Source: a bacterium (GTDB lineage Bacteria > Bacteroidota > Ignavibacteria > Ignavibacteriales > Ignavibacteriaceae). From it: a stretch of DNA of 64,000 nucleotides. Location of the stretch: NCBI GenBank assembly GCA_016716565.1, contig JADJWC010000002.1, positions 109,858 to 173,857 on the forward strand. The letters are read 5' to 3'. The notes under the pieces were generated by a model that was not told where the DNA came from, did no database searches, and saw only the letters and a program-made list of their open reading frames with translations. The position numbers were made by a program, and so were the translations under genes. The first letter of the stretch is position 1. Each line of letters starts with the position of its first letter. Positions 43,542 through 55,268 of the stretch are shown here, in pieces.

Positions 43542-46500
43542 TTAGCGGAGCAGTATCATCTTCTTAGTTTCAACAAAACTTCCACTTTCAATCCTGTATA
43601 AATAAATTCCACTTGCTAAACCTGAAGCATCGAATTGAACTTCGTAATTACCCACTTGCTTAACTTCATTTACCAGTGTTTTCACTTCTCTGCCAAGAAT
43701 ATCATAAATCTTGATCCGTACTAAGTCCGGTCTAATTATGCTGTAGCGAATAGTTGTTGTCGGGTTAAACGGATTCGGATAATTTTGAAATAAGTTATAA
43801 TCCTCCAACTGTGCATTTTTCTCATCATCAACTGAAACTATTGGAGGAATTGGAGGAAGTGTCACAGATTGTTCTTCGGTTGAAATTGTAAACACAGCAG
43901 ATCCATAAGCTGGTAACGTAACACTGAAACTTGAAAGTTCACTTCCTAACTTTTGAAAACTTGTATCAGAGTACAAATTATTTATCCAGTAAATCGAGCC
44001 CTGATTAAACCCACCAGTGAATTTCAGGTTAGCAGTCGTTAAATTCATTGTAACTGTTTTACTTGCATTACTAAAGTTGACAACAGTTAATCCATTCGAA
44101 TCGTTAAATGGTCTTAAGAAAGAATAAACTAATCCATCTGAAGTTGTTATTCTGTCAAAGTCAGATTCATCTGAGCTGTTCACTTGTCCATCGCCGTTTG
44201 TATCCAGCTTGTGCTGCGAAAATGCAGGAAACTGTGTTCGTATTTGTGCGATTCTTTGGTAATGTGGGGTAAGCAAATCTCTTCCGGCAAAATTCCAATC
44301 GATTATTCCTCTTCTTCTGACATTCAAATCAGGTTCTCCCGGATTTCCTAAACCTTTTCCCCAGCCGACTTCCTGCCCGTTCATCATCATCGGCATTCCA
44401 GGTGCAGTGAAAATTGCGGTTGACATAGGCATTGTTTTTTCAAATGAGTTATAGATGTAACTGATACGATCTTCATCCTGTGATTCCATAAATCTCATGA
44501 AGTATGAATTTTCTCCTGGATGAAAACCACCATTGTCCAATCTCGAATGTAAAGTATTAATTCCGCTGATGTTGAAATTGAAGTCGCGTACAGCATTAAA
44601 GTAAAATGCAAAATCATATGCAGCATCCAATCCTCCGTTCCTATCTGCGTACAGGACTTCAGTTCCAACCCCTGTTCCATCATCTTCGCCAAGAAGCAAT
44701 ATTTCTGGTTTAATATCTTTTAAAGAATTTCTAACTGGAATCCCCATATTGCTTTCACCATATTTTCTGTGAACACCCCAATAAACATCAAAACGGTAAC
44801 CATCAATTCCGAACTCATTGATCCAGAAATTGTAAACATCAATCATATATTTTTTTGCATCAAGATCGCGCCAATCGTAATTCAGCAATGCATCACTGAA
44901 ACCGCAGTAATAATAAATTCCCTGCGGTGTAACACATTGACCTAATCCATTATCGTTATGAGGGATGAATTGTCTCTGATAATAATTCCAATACTGCGAG
45001 TAATCTCTGTAAAGCAAAGCTTCCTGTGCAAAAGGATGTTCTCTTCCGGTATGATTTGGAGTAATATCCTGGATTACTTTCAATCCAAGTTCATGAGCCG
45101 CATCAACAAAATCTTTGTAATCCTGATTTGTTCCTAAAGATGTTTCAACTTTCAAAAAATCAATTGTGTTATAACCAATATTAATTTGATTATCAATGTT
45201 TCCGGGAACTTCAGTTACAGGCAGAATCCAGATAGTATTGAAACCCATTGCTTTTATATATGGAAGATTTGCAATCGCAGCTTGAATTGTTCCTGCAGGA
45301 GTAAATGCTTTGAAGAAAAGTAAATATATTCTTGCATTCTTTACCCAATCGGGATTATCGACGTATCCTGCAACCGTTACATTTTCACTGTCAGGAATAA
45401 CAACAAAATAAGTTCTAGTTGAATCAATATTTTCATCGGGATCTTCAACAGTGAGCGATAAATAATATTCTCCCGGCAGCGAAGGTTTTGTTGTCATCAC
45501 TTCAACATTTGTCTGTCCGTTAATTCCAAGTGATTGCGGATTGTTTGAATCTTCTTTCCATAGAAAAGTCAAATTTTGTCCATCAGGATCAGTACTGTTT
45601 GCACCACTAAGTGTTAATGTATTTCCATTTTGAGTGATGTCAATCTGAGCCTTCGGAATATGATTTACTTTTCGGATGATATTTAAAGTGTCAGATGTTT
45701 CTGTTTGACTTCCGATAACAGCTTTAATAACAAATTTATTTTCGCCTTCAAGTAAATAAACAACACGGTTCAGTTTCCCACCAACAACCGGAACTGTCCA
45801 GGTAGAATCAAACCGTATGATTTGAGCAGAAGTTACAGTAGTATCATATCCACCGCTTTGATTGAAAATTCCTCCCTGCAGCTTCCAGTTATTTTTCCAC
45901 GTTTCAGAAGGCAAAGTAAAAAACTGAATTACATCTGCCTGGACTGTAAATGTTGATGTGTCTGCGCTTGAAGTTCCAATTGTACTTTCTGCATACAGAA
46001 TCAATTGATGTTCTCCATCACCAAGTGGAGCCGGAGGAGTGAACGAAATCTCTTTAGTCACAGGATTATACAAGTCTCCGATTCCTGTGTATTCATTGCC
46101 GTCAATCATTATCTTGAATGAATTTGTATCAACACTAGAAGAGATCGAAGGGAAAAGATAAGCAGTAATTTCTGGAAATCTTGTTCTTATGACACCTGAA
46201 GCAGTTGTCGAATTTGGCAACAGGTAATGAATGGTAGGATTCCTAATGAACAGGTACGAATTATTATTATCATTTGGATTTTGTCTTGGATTCAACGGGT
46301 CAGGAAACCATTGTCCATCATTAAATTTATATTGATAGGCACCGGGAACACTCACAGGAGCAGGTAATGGATTAGGTCCACCTACTCTCAGCTTAATAGT
46401 TTTAAACCAGGTATTTGTACTCGATTCGTAGGTCATTAAAGAATTTGCATTAAGCACCCATCCATTAAATTCTCCGGGAAGATATACATTTGTCGGAGTA

Positions 46501-46604
46501 TTATTCGGATGATAATAAAAAGTTACGAAGACACTGTCATCCTGCTGCGTAAAAATATTCTGACTAAAAAAGAATAATATGCTAATCGTAGTTAAAAATT
46601 TCAT
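43542..46604 (-). CDS. T9SS-sorted GH13 alpha-amylase-family glycoside hydrolase with N-terminal carbohydrate-binding/Ig-like domains
   Basis: GH13 regions DITPNHTG, GIDGYRFDVYWG, ILLLGEDDG, FMESQDED. C-terminal FQNYPNPFNPTTTIRYS...MILLR. Confidence 0.75.
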   Translation of the reverse strand: MKFLTTISILFFFSQNIFTQQDDSVFVTFYYHPNNTPTNVYLPGEFNGWVLNANSLMTYESSTNTWFKTIKLRVGGPNPLPAPVSVPGAYQYKFNDGQWFPDPLNPRQNPNDNNNSYLFIRNPTIHYLLPNSTTASGVIRTRFPEITAYLFPSISSSVDTNSFKIMIDGNEYTGIGDLYNPVTKEISFTPPAPLGDGEHQLILYAESTIGTSSADTSTFTVQADVIQFFTLPSETWKNNWKLQGGIFNQSGGYDTTVTSAQIIRFDSTWTVPVVGGKLNRVVYLLEGENKFVIKAVIGSQTETSDTLNIIRKVNHIPKAQIDITQNGNTLTLSGANSTDPDGQNLTFLWKEDSNNPQSLGINGQTNVEVMTTKPSLPGEYYLSLTVEDPDENIDSTRTYFVVIPDSENVTVAGYVDNPDWVKNARIYLLFFKAFTPAGTIQAAIANLPYIKAMGFNTIWILPVTEVPGNIDNQINIGYNTIDFLKVETSLGTNQDYKDFVDAAHELGLKVIQDITPNHTGREHPFAQEALLYRDYSQYWNYYQRQFIPHNDNGLGQCVTPQGIYYYCGFSDALLNYDWRDLDAKKYMIDVYNFWINEFGIDGYRFDVYWGVHRKYGESNMGIPVRNSLKDIKPEILLLGEDDGTGVGTEVLYADRNGGLDAAYDFAFYFNAVRDFNFNISGINTLHSRLDNGGFHPGENSYFMRFMESQDEDRISYIYNSFEKTMPMSTAIFTAPGMPMMMNGQEVGWGKGLGNPGEPDLNVRRRGIIDWNFAGRDLLTPHYQRIAQIRTQFPAFSQHKLDTNGDGQVNSSDESDFDRITTSDGLVYSFLRPFNDSNGLTVVNFSNASKTVTMNLTTANLKFTGGFNQGSIYWINNLYSDTSFQKLGSELSSFSVTLPAYGSAVFTISTEEQSVTLPPIPPIVSVDDEKNAQLEDYNLFQNYPNPFNPTTTIRYSIIRPDLVRIKIYDILGREVKTLVNEVKQVGNYEVQFDASGLASGIYLYRIESGSFVETKKMILLR

Positions 46605-46624
46605 TTAGAATCCTTTGTTAAAAT

Positions 46625-47050
46625 TTATTTTTTCTTTCCAGTGATTTGAACTGTAATTTCTCTTTTTCTCGAACGATTATCGAAATCAACAAAAATTATC
46701 TGCTGCCAGGTTCCCAATAATAATCTTCCTTTTGTGAAAGGAACGGTTAAAGATGCACCCTGAATTGCTGATCTTATGTGAGAATGTCCGTTACCATCGT
46801 GCCAGGTATTATCGTGCTCATAATTTAAGTTGACAGGAGCAATTCTATCAAAAAATTTCGGATAGTCTTTCAGCAAACCGGGTTCATATTCAATCGTTGT
46901 TACCCCGGCAGTTGAACCGCCGGCAAAAACAATCACATTTCCTTCAATAAATTTTTGCTGATAGATCAGATCTGAAATTCTATCTGTCAAATCAATAATA
47001 TCACAATTTCCTTTGGTTGTAATGTTAATCGAATGGGTTTCGATTTCCAT
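46625..47050 (-). CDS. YjbQ/UPF0047 family protein (secondary thiamine-phosphate synthase-like)
   Basis: 141 aa. GSTAGVTTIEYEPGLLKD...GHSHIRSAIQGASLTVP. Confidence 0.7.
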   Translation of the reverse strand: MEIETHSINITTKGNCDIIDLTDRISDLIYQQKFIEGNVIVFAGGSTAGVTTIEYEPGLLKDYPKFFDRIAPVNLNYEHDNTWHDGNGHSHIRSAIQGASLTVPFTKGRLLLGTWQQIIFVDFDNRSRKREITVQITGKKK

Positions 47051-47202
47051 AAATAACTCTTCATAAATTATTGAAATTTTAACTATTTAAAGTTACAAAA
47101 TTTCTCACCAGTGTGATGACAAACATCCTAATTACATTGGAAGTCTACCACTTCCCTCTTAATTTTGTAGAATAAATTTTTAATCAAAAACAAGGAAACG
47201 AT

Positions 47203-48447
47203 ATGACTTCACAGGATTTCATTAAGCTTGAAGATAAACACGGAGCTCACAATTATCACCCAATCGACGTTGTAATTGATAGAGGAAAAGGTGTTTGGGT
47301 GTGGGATGTTGAAGGTAAAAAGTATCTTGATTTTCTATCAGCATATTCCGCAGTTAACCAGGGACATTGTCATCCAAAAATTGTTAACGCTTTAACTGAA
47401 CAAGCACAGAAACTTACTCTTACTTCAAGAGCATTTTATAACAGCTGTCTCGGTGAGTATGAAAAATATATAACAGAATATTTTGGTTATGATAAAGTTC
47501 TTCCAATGAACACCGGTGTTGAAGGTGATGAAACAGCATTTAAACTTGCACGCAAATGGGCGTATGCAGTGAAAGGAATTCCTGAGAACAAAGCAAAAAT
47601 AATTTTTTGTGAAGGAAATTTTCACGGACGTACTATGATGGCAGTCTCAGCTTCTAACGATCCTGATTGCAAAGATGGCTATGGACCTTATCTCCCGGGA
47701 ATCGAATTAATTCCGTTTAATAATATTCCCGCTTTAGAAAAAGCTCTGCAAGATCCAAATGTTTGTGCTTTTCTGGTTGAGCCAATTCAGGGGGAAGCAG
47801 GTGTGATGGTACCGGATGAAGGATATTTGAAAAAAGCGTATGAACTATGTAAATCTAAAAATGTTTTATTCATCGCAGATGAAGTTCAAACCGGATTATG
47901 CAGAACTGGAAAATTATTAGCCTGTGATCACGAAAATGTAAGACCGGATGTTTTAATACTTGGCAAAGCTTTATCCGGCGGTGTAATGCCAATTTCTGCT
48001 GTTTTAGCTGATGACGATATTATGCTTACTATAAAACCAGGTCAGCACGGTTCAACGTTTGGCGGAAATCCTCTTGCTGCTAAAGTTGCAATTGCTTCAC
48101 TTCAGGTTCTCAAAGAAGAAAAACTTGCTGAGAATGCTGATAAGCTTGGAAAATACTTCAGGCAGGAAATGCAGAAAATAGTTGACGAGCTTGAGATTGT
48201 TACTCTTGTGAGAGGTAAAGGTTTGCTGAATGCAATTGTAATAAAACCTACAAAATCCGGTAAGACTGCGTGGGATGTTTGCGTAGAATTTAAGGAGAAC
48301 GGATTACTCGCAAAACCAACTCATGGAGATATTATCCGCTTCGCTCCTCCGCTTGTAATAACAAAAGAAGAAATCGATTTTGCAATTGATACGATCAGAA
48401 AAGTGTTAAAGAAGTTTGAACACGAAGTAGTCGCTGTAGAAGCTTAA
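47203..48447 (+). CDS. rocD: ornithine--oxo-acid aminotransferase
   Basis: Class-III PLP aminotransferase. [31 protein letters not shown]-lysine region ILGKALSGG. Confidence 0.85.
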   Translation: MTSQDFIKLEDKHGAHNYHPIDVVIDRGKGVWVWDVEGKKYLDFLSAYSAVNQGHCHPKIVNALTEQAQKLTLTSRAFYNSCLGEYEKYITEYFGYDKVLPMNTGVEGDETAFKLARKWAYAVKGIPENKAKIIFCEGNFHGRTMMAVSASNDPDCKDGYGPYLPGIELIPFNNIPALEKALQDPNVCAFLVEPIQGEAGVMVPDEGYLKKAYELCKSKNVLFIADEVQTGLCRTGKLLACDHENVRPDVLILGKALSGGVMPISAVLADDDIMLTIKPGQHGSTFGGNPLAAKVAIASLQVLKEEKLAENADKLGKYFRQEMQKIVDELEIVTLVRGKGLLNAIVIKPTKSGKTAWDVCVEFKENGLLAKPTHGDIIRFAPPLVITKEEIDFAIDTIRKVLKKFEHEVVAVEA

Positions 48448-48450
48448 TTA

Positions 48451-48476
48451 AAAAGCCCTCTTCGAGAGGGCTTTTT
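48451..48476. terminator. bidirectional rho-independent terminator
   Basis: aaaagccctcttcgagagggcttttt between convergent genes. Confidence 0.6.
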
Positions 48477-51150
48477 AGTTTTGGTTGATGTAGTTCTGAA
48501 TTTCCTTATTAGTCTCTTCTATGATTTTATTAAACCTTTCTATTCTCGCATTTATATTCACCCAATCTTTATTTTTCCCTGAAAGTTCGATCGCATAAGC
48601 TTCATCACCAACTTGTATCGCACCTATTGAATAGCTCGAACCTTTAATTGAGTGAACAGTCTCAACTATTTTCGCCAGGTCGTGATTTGCCAGCAGTTCA
48701 TTAAGGTGATTGTATTTATCATCCAGATCTGATAGAAAAGACAGGAGCAGATCTTTTTCGAATTCCTTATCTCCAAGACTAACATTTTTCAACCTGTCCT
48801 TGTCCAGAACAGGACTATGCTTGTGCTGAGGCTCATTAACGACTGAAGTATTTTCGTCTTTACGGATATCAAGCAACACATCTATTTTTTTTACAAGTTC
48901 CTGACCGGATACCGGCTTTGAAATATAATCTGTCATCCCGGCATTCAAACACTTTTCTTTATCACCCATAAGTGCATGAGCAGTGAGTGCAATAATAGGA
49001 ATATCACGTTTGGAATTTGGGAATGAACGGATTTTTTCCGTTGCAGTAAACCCATCTACGTTCGGCATTTGTAAATCCATAAGAACAAGATGATAGCTAC
49101 CGTTTGATACTGCATTCACAGCTTCCATTCCATCGCATACCGCAGAAACATTAAAACCAAAGGTGCTTAATATTTTCATGGTTACTTTTTGGTTTATGAG
49201 ATTGTCTTCTGCAAGAAGAATATTAAATTTTTCACGTTTCTTTTTAAATCCGTTTCCACGGAAGCTTTCAATACTGCCGAGAAACTGATTTTCAAATGTT
49301 TCTTTTTCAATCTGACCTTCAGTTAATGCATCACGCTCGGTCTGAATCCTGCAATTGATTGTAAAGCTGAAAGAGCTTCCTTCACCTTCTTTACTGGTAA
49401 CACTAATTTTACCGCCGAGAAGTTCCACATATTCCTTACTTATTACCAATCCTAGTCCCGTACCATGAGCGAATGATTCATAAAAATCACCTAACTGAGA
49501 ATAAGGTTTGAACAATTCTTTTATTTTCGATTCAGGAATTCCGATACCTGTGTCAGTAACAGAAATTGAAACTTCGACTTCATCATTGCTTTTTCTTTTT
49601 GTTTTTGCAGCTATTATGATTTCACCATCCGATGTGAATTTCACGGCATTGTTCAATAAGTTGATCATTATCTGCCGGAGCTTTACCATATCGCCAATCA
49701 ATAAAGAATCAATTTCTGCAGGAATTTCCTTTTTGATCCTTACATTTTTCTCGTTCGCTTTTAATGATACAACGGAAATAGATTGATCTACCACATTAAT
49801 CAAATTGAATCTGACTTTTTCTACTTTGGCTTTTCCGGCTTCAATTTTTGAAAGGTCGAGGACCGAGTTTATAATATCCAGTAATGATTCAGATGATTGA
49901 CGTGCATTTGTTGAAAAGAATTTTAATTCCTCTTCACTTGAATATGCACCGGCTTCAATCAAGGAGAGAAATCCTAAAATTCCGTTTATTGGAGTTCTGA
50001 TTTCGTGGCTGAGATTTGCCAGGAATTTACTCTTTGTTCCGCTGATCCTGATAGCTTCCTTAGCGAGTTTTTCATTCTTCTCTTTTTCCTCTTTCAACAT
50101 TTTAGCAACTAATTTTCTGTCTTCTTCTATTTTAACCTGTTCAGTGATATCATAAATGTTACCTTCGAAATAAATATTTCCAAATTCATCTTTAACAACT
50201 CGGTCATTCAGTCGCACTACGGCAATTGATCCGTCTTTCTTTTTTAATCTTACTCTGTAATTCTCAACTTTACTATTTGTCATCAATTCTTTTATAAGTT
50301 TATTCCTGTCTTCCTGATCAGCATAAAGTTCTTTAATATTTTTTTCCATTAACTCAACACTGTTAGAATAGCCGAGTATTTTTGTAAAAGTCTGATTGAT
50401 AGTGAGCAATTTACCTTCAGCGGTTGATTGGAATATTCCTTCAAGTGAGTTATCAATAATCGCTCTGTATTTCTGATCCGATTGTTCTATTTGAAGATTT
50501 CGTTCGGCTAGAAAAAAACGCATCCTGAAATTGACTGCACAGGCAACAATAGATACCACGCTGAGGCACAAAACAAATATCACAGATTCTTTCATATTTG
50601 GAAGGAAGTAAATGCTGTGATTGTTGAAAAGTATTGAGGCGGCGAAAGTCAGGTTATAATATATTGCTACAATTATCTGGTGTTTAATCTCCCAGCTTAA
50701 AAAAAGTGCGGAAGAAAATATCATCAAACCAACTATACTGGAATTAACCAGAATTGTTGACGGTAATAGATAAATCATCAAGCCGGATGAGATGATAATG
50801 CTTAGTAATAGTAAATGAATTAGAAAAATCGATCTTTTAACCGATGTGCCATTACTGGATGTTGCAAGTACCAAAAATGCTATCAGTGTTGAAGAGAGTC
50901 TGATAAAGTAAATCTCAATTGAATTCTCCGGAAAGTATCGCACTTCTAATATCATAGCGAATGATCCGAACAGTGCTACCAGCACAGCCATAATACGCAG
51001 CGGTACATAAAGCAGGCGTTCAAGTTGCTCTATCAACTCCTTGTATTTCTCTTTTGAGAGCGGGAATTTATTCTTAAAAATAAATTCAAAAATTGAAGAG
51101 CTTATAGCCGAGGTAAATTGAGAGCCTTTATTTATATTTATTGAGTTCAA
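48475..51150 (-). CDS. membrane-bound hybrid sensor histidine kinase (multi-TM sensor, PAS, HisKA, HATPase, REC, Hpt)
   Basis: H-box LSHEIRTPINGI. GTGLGL. Receiver ILLAEDN...DLQMPNVDG. C-terminal HPt (HSIKGSS). Confidence 0.8.
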   Translation of the reverse strand: MNSININKGSQFTSAISSSIFEFIFKNKFPLSKEKYKELIEQLERLLYVPLRIMAVLVALFGSFAMILEVRYFPENSIEIYFIRLSSTLIAFLVLATSSNGTSVKRSIFLIHLLLLSIIISSGLMIYLLPSTILVNSSIVGLMIFSSALFLSWEIKHQIIVAIYYNLTFAASILFNNHSIYFLPNMKESVIFVLCLSVVSIVACAVNFRMRFFLAERNLQIEQSDQKYRAIIDNSLEGIFQSTAEGKLLTINQTFTKILGYSNSVELMEKNIKELYADQEDRNKLIKELMTNSKVENYRVRLKKKDGSIAVVRLNDRVVKDEFGNIYFEGNIYDITEQVKIEEDRKLVAKMLKEEKEKNEKLAKEAIRISGTKSKFLANLSHEIRTPINGILGFLSLIEAGAYSSEEELKFFSTNARQSSESLLDIINSVLDLSKIEAGKAKVEKVRFNLINVVDQSISVVSLKANEKNVRIKKEIPAEIDSLLIGDMVKLRQIMINLLNNAVKFTSDGEIIIAAKTKRKSNDEVEVSISVTDTGIGIPESKIKELFKPYSQLGDFYESFAHGTGLGLVISKEYVELLGGKISVTSKEGEGSSFSFTINCRIQTERDALTEGQIEKETFENQFLGSIESFRGNGFKKKREKFNILLAEDNLINQKVTMKILSTFGFNVSAVCDGMEAVNAVSNGSYHLVLMDLQMPNVDGFTATEKIRSFPNSKRDIPIIALTAHALMGDKEKCLNAGMTDYISKPVSGQELVKKIDVLLDIRKDENTSVVNEPQHKHSPVLDKDRLKNVSLGDKEFEKDLLLSFLSDLDDKYNHLNELLANHDLAKIVETVHSIKGSSYSIGAIQVGDEAYAIELSGKNKDWVNINARIERFNKIIEETNKEIQNYINQN

Positions 51151-51227
51151 TTATTGCCTTAATCAGCAAGTATAAATCGTTATGTCACTAAATTTTATCA
51201 AGATTATTCTTCACATTTAATGCCATC

Positions 51228-51797
51228 ATGGACTTCCTGTATTCAATAGATTTATCAATATTTTACTTCTTCAATCATACCATTTCTACCGGATTTTTGA
51301 ATAAGTTCTTTTCCATAATTACAGATGTAAATAAGTGGTATATAGCTTATGTTATTCTTGTTGGAATTGCTTTCTTTAAAGGCGGAAGAAAAGGCAAGAT
51401 TGCCGTCATCGGATTAATTCTTTTGATCATTGTTACGGATCAGACTGGTTACAGATTACTCAAAGAATCTATCGAGCGAATAAGACCGTGCAATGCTCTT
51501 GCTGATGCAATAACGCCTGTTGGTTGCGCAGGAGGATTTTCATTTCCATCGAACCATGCACTTAATAATTTTGCGGCAGCTGTATTTCTATTAAGATTGT
51601 TCCCTGCATACAAATGGACATTTTTAGTTGTGGCGACTTTAGTTTCTCTGTCGAGGATTTATCTCGGTGTTCATTATCCTTCAGATGTTATCGGTGGTGC
51701 ATTAATCGGTGCCGGGTTTGGCTACTTGTTCTCAATTGCGGCGATAAAAACTGATGAATATTTTCAAAAGAGATCAAATGCTGTTTCATCACAATAA
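51228..51797 (+). CDS. PAP2-family phosphatase (undecaprenyl-diphosphatase-like)
   Basis: KxxxxxxRP, PSNHA, SRIYLGVHYPSDV motifs. Confidence 0.7.
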   Translation: MDFLYSIDLSIFYFFNHTISTGFLNKFFSIITDVNKWYIAYVILVGIAFFKGGRKGKIAVIGLILLIIVTDQTGYRLLKESIERIRPCNALADAITPVGCAGGFSFPSNHALNNFAAAVFLLRLFPAYKWTFLVVATLVSLSRIYLGVHYPSDVIGGALIGAGFGYLFSIAAIKTDEYFQKRSNAVSSQ

Positions 51798-52260
51798 AAT
51801 TGTTTTCAAGCGATTATTTTTTTTCTCGGCTGTTATGATAATTTGTTTGTACACTGGTTTAAATTTTGGTCAGGAGACACAAAAAAGTTTTGGAAACCTT
51901 ATTGTCATCATCACAGGTTTCTCAAACGAGGAAGGCAATTGCAGGTTTGCACTGGATAATTCAAAATCAGTTTATGAGCGAGAAGACTCTGTTTGGATCG
52001 GAAAGGTTTTACCGATAATTAATAAAAAAGTTGTCGTTGAAATAGATTCCTTATCGTACGGTGAGTACGCTGTGAGAGTGTTCCATGATGAAAATGAAAA
52101 TGAAAAAATTGATACTAACTTTCTCGGTATACCGACAGAAGATTATGGATATTCAAACGATGCTTCAGACTGGTTTGGACCACCTTCCTGGGAAAAAGCA
52201 AAATTTATTTTCAATAAACCTGAAATGACAATAGAAATTGAAGTAGATTCGTTTCTTTAA
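51754..52260 (+). CDS. DUF2141-family secreted protein
   Basis: [30 protein letters not shown] pattern. Confidence 0.5.
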   Translation: MNIFKRDQMLFHHNKIVFKRLFFFSAVMIICLYTGLNFGQETQKSFGNLIVIITGFSNEEGNCRFALDNSKSVYEREDSVWIGKVLPIINKKVVVEIDSLSYGEYAVRVFHDENENEKIDTNFLGIPTEDYGYSNDASDWFGPPSWEKAKFIFNKPEMTIEIEVDSFL

Positions 52261-52283
52261 ATATTAATTATTCTTGTGAGATT

Positions 52284-52784
52284 ATGTCTTCAATTGAAGA
52301 AAAAATAGTAGAAAAATTCTTTTCAAAGCTCGACAAAAAACTAACGGGCTGGATGGCTAATTACGGATTGTTAGTTCTGAGGATAAGTCTTGGAATAGTT
52401 TTTTTCTGGTTTGGCATATTAAAATTTTTTCATGGTTTAAGCCCGGCTGAAGATCTGGTTAGGAACACAGTCTATTTTGTTGATCCTGATTTATTTCTTC
52501 CTGTGCTTGCAACTTGGGAATCTTTAATCGGCATAGGATTGATCACAGGAAAATTTCTTCGCTTTACAATTCTTCTTTTATTCCTGCAAATGCCGGGAAC
52601 AGCATTACCTCTTCTCATTCTTCCTGAAAAAGTGTGGACGGTTTTCCCATACGGTTTAACTCTCGAAGGTCAATATATTGTGAAAAATCTTGTTCTGATT
52701 GGCGCGGGTCTGGTTATTGGTGCCACAGTTAGAGGTGGAGGAATTTTGAGTGACTACAAAGTTTTGCTAAAATCAAATGAATAA
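52284..52784 (+). CDS. DoxX/DUF417-like small membrane protein
   Basis: [20 protein letters not shown] motif. 4 TM. Confidence 0.5.
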   Translation: MSSIEEKIVEKFFSKLDKKLTGWMANYGLLVLRISLGIVFFWFGILKFFHGLSPAEDLVRNTVYFVDPDLFLPVLATWESLIGIGLITGKFLRFTILLLFLQMPGTALPLLILPEKVWTVFPYGLTLEGQYIVKNLVLIGAGLVIGATVRGGGILSDYKVLLKSNE

Positions 52785-52810
52785 AAACTAGCAGGTATTA
52801 AACCATATTT

Positions 52811-53443
52811 ATGAAATCTTTAAAGCAACTATTTGAGAACAATCGCAGATGGTCATTAAGCCAGACACAATCCGATCCTGATTTTTTTAATCGGCTCGTC
52901 CATCAGCAGACGCCGGAATATTTGTGGATTGGCTGTTCCGACAGTAGAGTACCTGCAAATCAAATTGTTGGATTAGCTCCAGGTGAACTTTTTGTTCACA
53001 GAAATTTGGCAAACCTTGTGGTTGATAACGACCTCAACTGCGTGAGTGTAATTCAGTTTGCGGTTGAAATCCTAAAAGTAAAAAACATTATTGTCTGCGG
53101 TCATTACGGCTGTGCAGGAGTAAAAGCAGTATTGGAAGGCACTAAGCTGGGAATCACAGATGACTGGCTTTCGCATTTAAAAATCATTAGGCATAAACAC
53201 GCCAAATTAATTGACTCAGGAAAAGAATATTCTTACCGTCTTAAAAAACTTTGTGAATTAAATGTGATTGAACAGGTATTCAACGTTTGCAATATAAGTG
53301 TTATTCCGAATGCCTGGCAAAAGAAACAATCACTCACTATTCATGGTTGGATTTATGACATTAAAGATGGATTGCTGCAAGATCTTGATGTTTGTATATC
53401 GAACTCAAACGAATTAATGGAAGCTAAAACAAAAGCAGTATAA
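52811..53443 (+). CDS. beta-class carbonic anhydrase
   Basis: CSDSRVP and HYGCAG zinc-ligand motifs. Confidence 0.85.
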   Translation: MKSLKQLFENNRRWSLSQTQSDPDFFNRLVHQQTPEYLWIGCSDSRVPANQIVGLAPGELFVHRNLANLVVDNDLNCVSVIQFAVEILKVKNIIVCGHYGCAGVKAVLEGTKLGITDDWLSHLKIIRHKHAKLIDSGKEYSYRLKKLCELNVIEQVFNVCNISVIPNAWQKKQSLTIHGWIYDIKDGLLQDLDVCISNSNELMEAKTKAV

Positions 53444-53466
53444 GAACTATTCAAACAAAATTAAAA

Positions 53467-53910
53467 ATGAATCCAAAGGAAATAATTAATTCACTGAATA
53501 ATCTTAACCCGGAACAGAAAGCACTATGGGGAAAGATGACTCCGCAGCATATGGTTGAGCATCTGTTTATTGCTGTTCAGGCAAGTATTAATGAAATTGA
53601 AGTGAAGGTTTACACCGAAGAAAGAAAAATTCCTGTACTTAAAAGATTGTTCTTTCGGGATGGAGAATTTCCAAAAGAATTTATGAATCCTGCTATTGGT
53701 CCTGATTTATTGAATCTTAAATTCAATGATCTCCAATCAGCAATCAAAGAAATTGAAAGCGTTTTAATGAGATACAACAAATTTTTCGAAACAAATCCTT
53801 CGACAAAAACCATTCATCCGGTATTTGGTTACCTGACGAAAGATGAATGGGATATTTTCCATAAGAAACATTTTAAGCATCACCTTTCCCAGTTTGGAAT
53901 ATCCGATTAA
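53467..53910 (+). CDS. DUF1569-like protein
   Basis: Weak recollection of the family. C-terminal HFKHHLSQFG. Confidence 0.4.
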   Translation: MNPKEIINSLNNLNPEQKALWGKMTPQHMVEHLFIAVQASINEIEVKVYTEERKIPVLKRLFFRDGEFPKEFMNPAIGPDLLNLKFNDLQSAIKEIESVLMRYNKFFETNPSTKTIHPVFGYLTKDEWDIFHKKHFKHHLSQFGISD

Positions 53911-54014
53911 ACAACCCTGCTTCCCTTCCTCATCAGGTTTGACGTTTTATTAATAACTGCTTTCATTCCATCAATTATTATTTTAGTATTGGTAAGAACA
54001 AAAAAAGTTTTCCG

Positions 54015-55127
54015 ATGAATACTTACAATACATCTCAAAAATCCGAACCCCGAATCCGGCAAACTATCCGAAGCGATTTCCGGCAGACAAAAATCAAAGA
54101 AGAATTCAAATCCGAGTATAAAGATCTGAAGCAATATTTTCTGACTGAAGAGCGGAAGAAAAAGCTTGAGAGCATGAACGCATTTAAGAAATTTTTTGTT
54201 CTTCCGTGGTGGCTCCTAAAAGCGATGTATCTCCGGCTGACTCCGTTCAGAAGAATTCTTTTTTTCATAGGGTTAATAGTATTAATAACATCTGGAAACA
54301 TCCAAACAGATGGAAGTGAGACAACACTGTCCTTGAATATATCAGCTATACTTGTCGGAATAATTTTTTTATTCATACTTGCGCTTGAATTAAAAGATAA
54401 ACTATTGGCAAAAACAGAGCTTGAGGAAGGCAGAGCAATCCAGCAGGCATTGATGCCGGAACAATCACCAAAAGTAAATGGATGGGATATCTGGCTGTTC
54501 ACTCGTTCGGCGAATGATGTTGGAGGTGATTTACTTGATTTTATTCAGGTTGGAGAAAATAAATTTGGTGTTGCTGTCGGTGATGTTGCTGGCAAAGGAT
54601 TGAGTGCTGCACTGCTGATGGCAAAGCTGCAATCAACTATCCGCGCAATAATTTATGATCAGCTTCCTTTGAGTAGAATGTGTCAAAAGTTAAATTCGAT
54701 TTTTTACAGAGATAGTCCTTCCAAAATATTCGCTTCACTTGTTTATACTGAGATATCAAATTCATCCGGTGAGATTAATTTTATTAATGCCGGACATTAT
54801 CCTCCTTTGGTTGTTAAGAAGGAACAAATCATAAAGTTAAGTAAAGAATCGCCGGCACTTGGATTAATGATTAATGCTGATTTCTCAGAAAAAAGTATTT
54901 CTCTTGAAAAAGATGAATTTATGTTGATTTATTCCGATGGATTGACTGAAGCACAAAATGTTTCAGGTGATTTCTTTGAAGAGAAAAGGCTGATTGATCT
55001 ACTGAATAAGAAACACTATTTAACTTCCCGGCAGCTCGGAGAGATGATAATTGAAAATGTAGACTTCTTCAGGGGAAAAGTGCCAGCACACGATGATTTA
55101 ACTCTTGCGATTTTGAAGAAGGTTTGA
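54015..55127 (+). CDS. membrane-anchored PP2C/SpoIIE-family protein serine/threonine phosphatase
   Basis: Two TM helices. GDLLDF...GDVAGKGLSAALLMA...YSDGLTEA...HDDLTLA. Confidence 0.75.
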   Translation: MNTYNTSQKSEPRIRQTIRSDFRQTKIKEEFKSEYKDLKQYFLTEERKKKLESMNAFKKFFVLPWWLLKAMYLRLTPFRRILFFIGLIVLITSGNIQTDGSETTLSLNISAILVGIIFLFILALELKDKLLAKTELEEGRAIQQALMPEQSPKVNGWDIWLFTRSANDVGGDLLDFIQVGENKFGVAVGDVAGKGLSAALLMAKLQSTIRAIIYDQLPLSRMCQKLNSIFYRDSPSKIFASLVYTEISNSSGEINFINAGHYPPLVVKKEQIIKLSKESPALGLMINADFSEKSISLEKDEFMLIYSDGLTEAQNVSGDFFEEKRLIDLLNKKHYLTSRQLGEMIIENVDFFRGKVPAHDDLTLAILKKV

Positions 55128-55136
55128 AATTTCCAC

Positions 55137-55254
55137 TCCCCTCCTCTCCGAGGAGGGGACGAAGGGGTGGTGCGACAAAGTTATTTCCGAATTTTTAACT
55201 AAACACCACCCCGTCCGGCAACTACCGGACACCCCTCCTCAGAGAGGAGGGGAT
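55137..55254. repeat. GC-rich ~118-bp triple-hairpin palindromic repeat (MITE/REP-like), copy B
   Basis: cccctcctctccgaggaggggacgaaggggtgg...caccaccccgtccggcaactaccggacacccctcctcagagaggagggga. Confidence 0.65.
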
Positions 55255-55268
55255 AACGTTTTATTTTA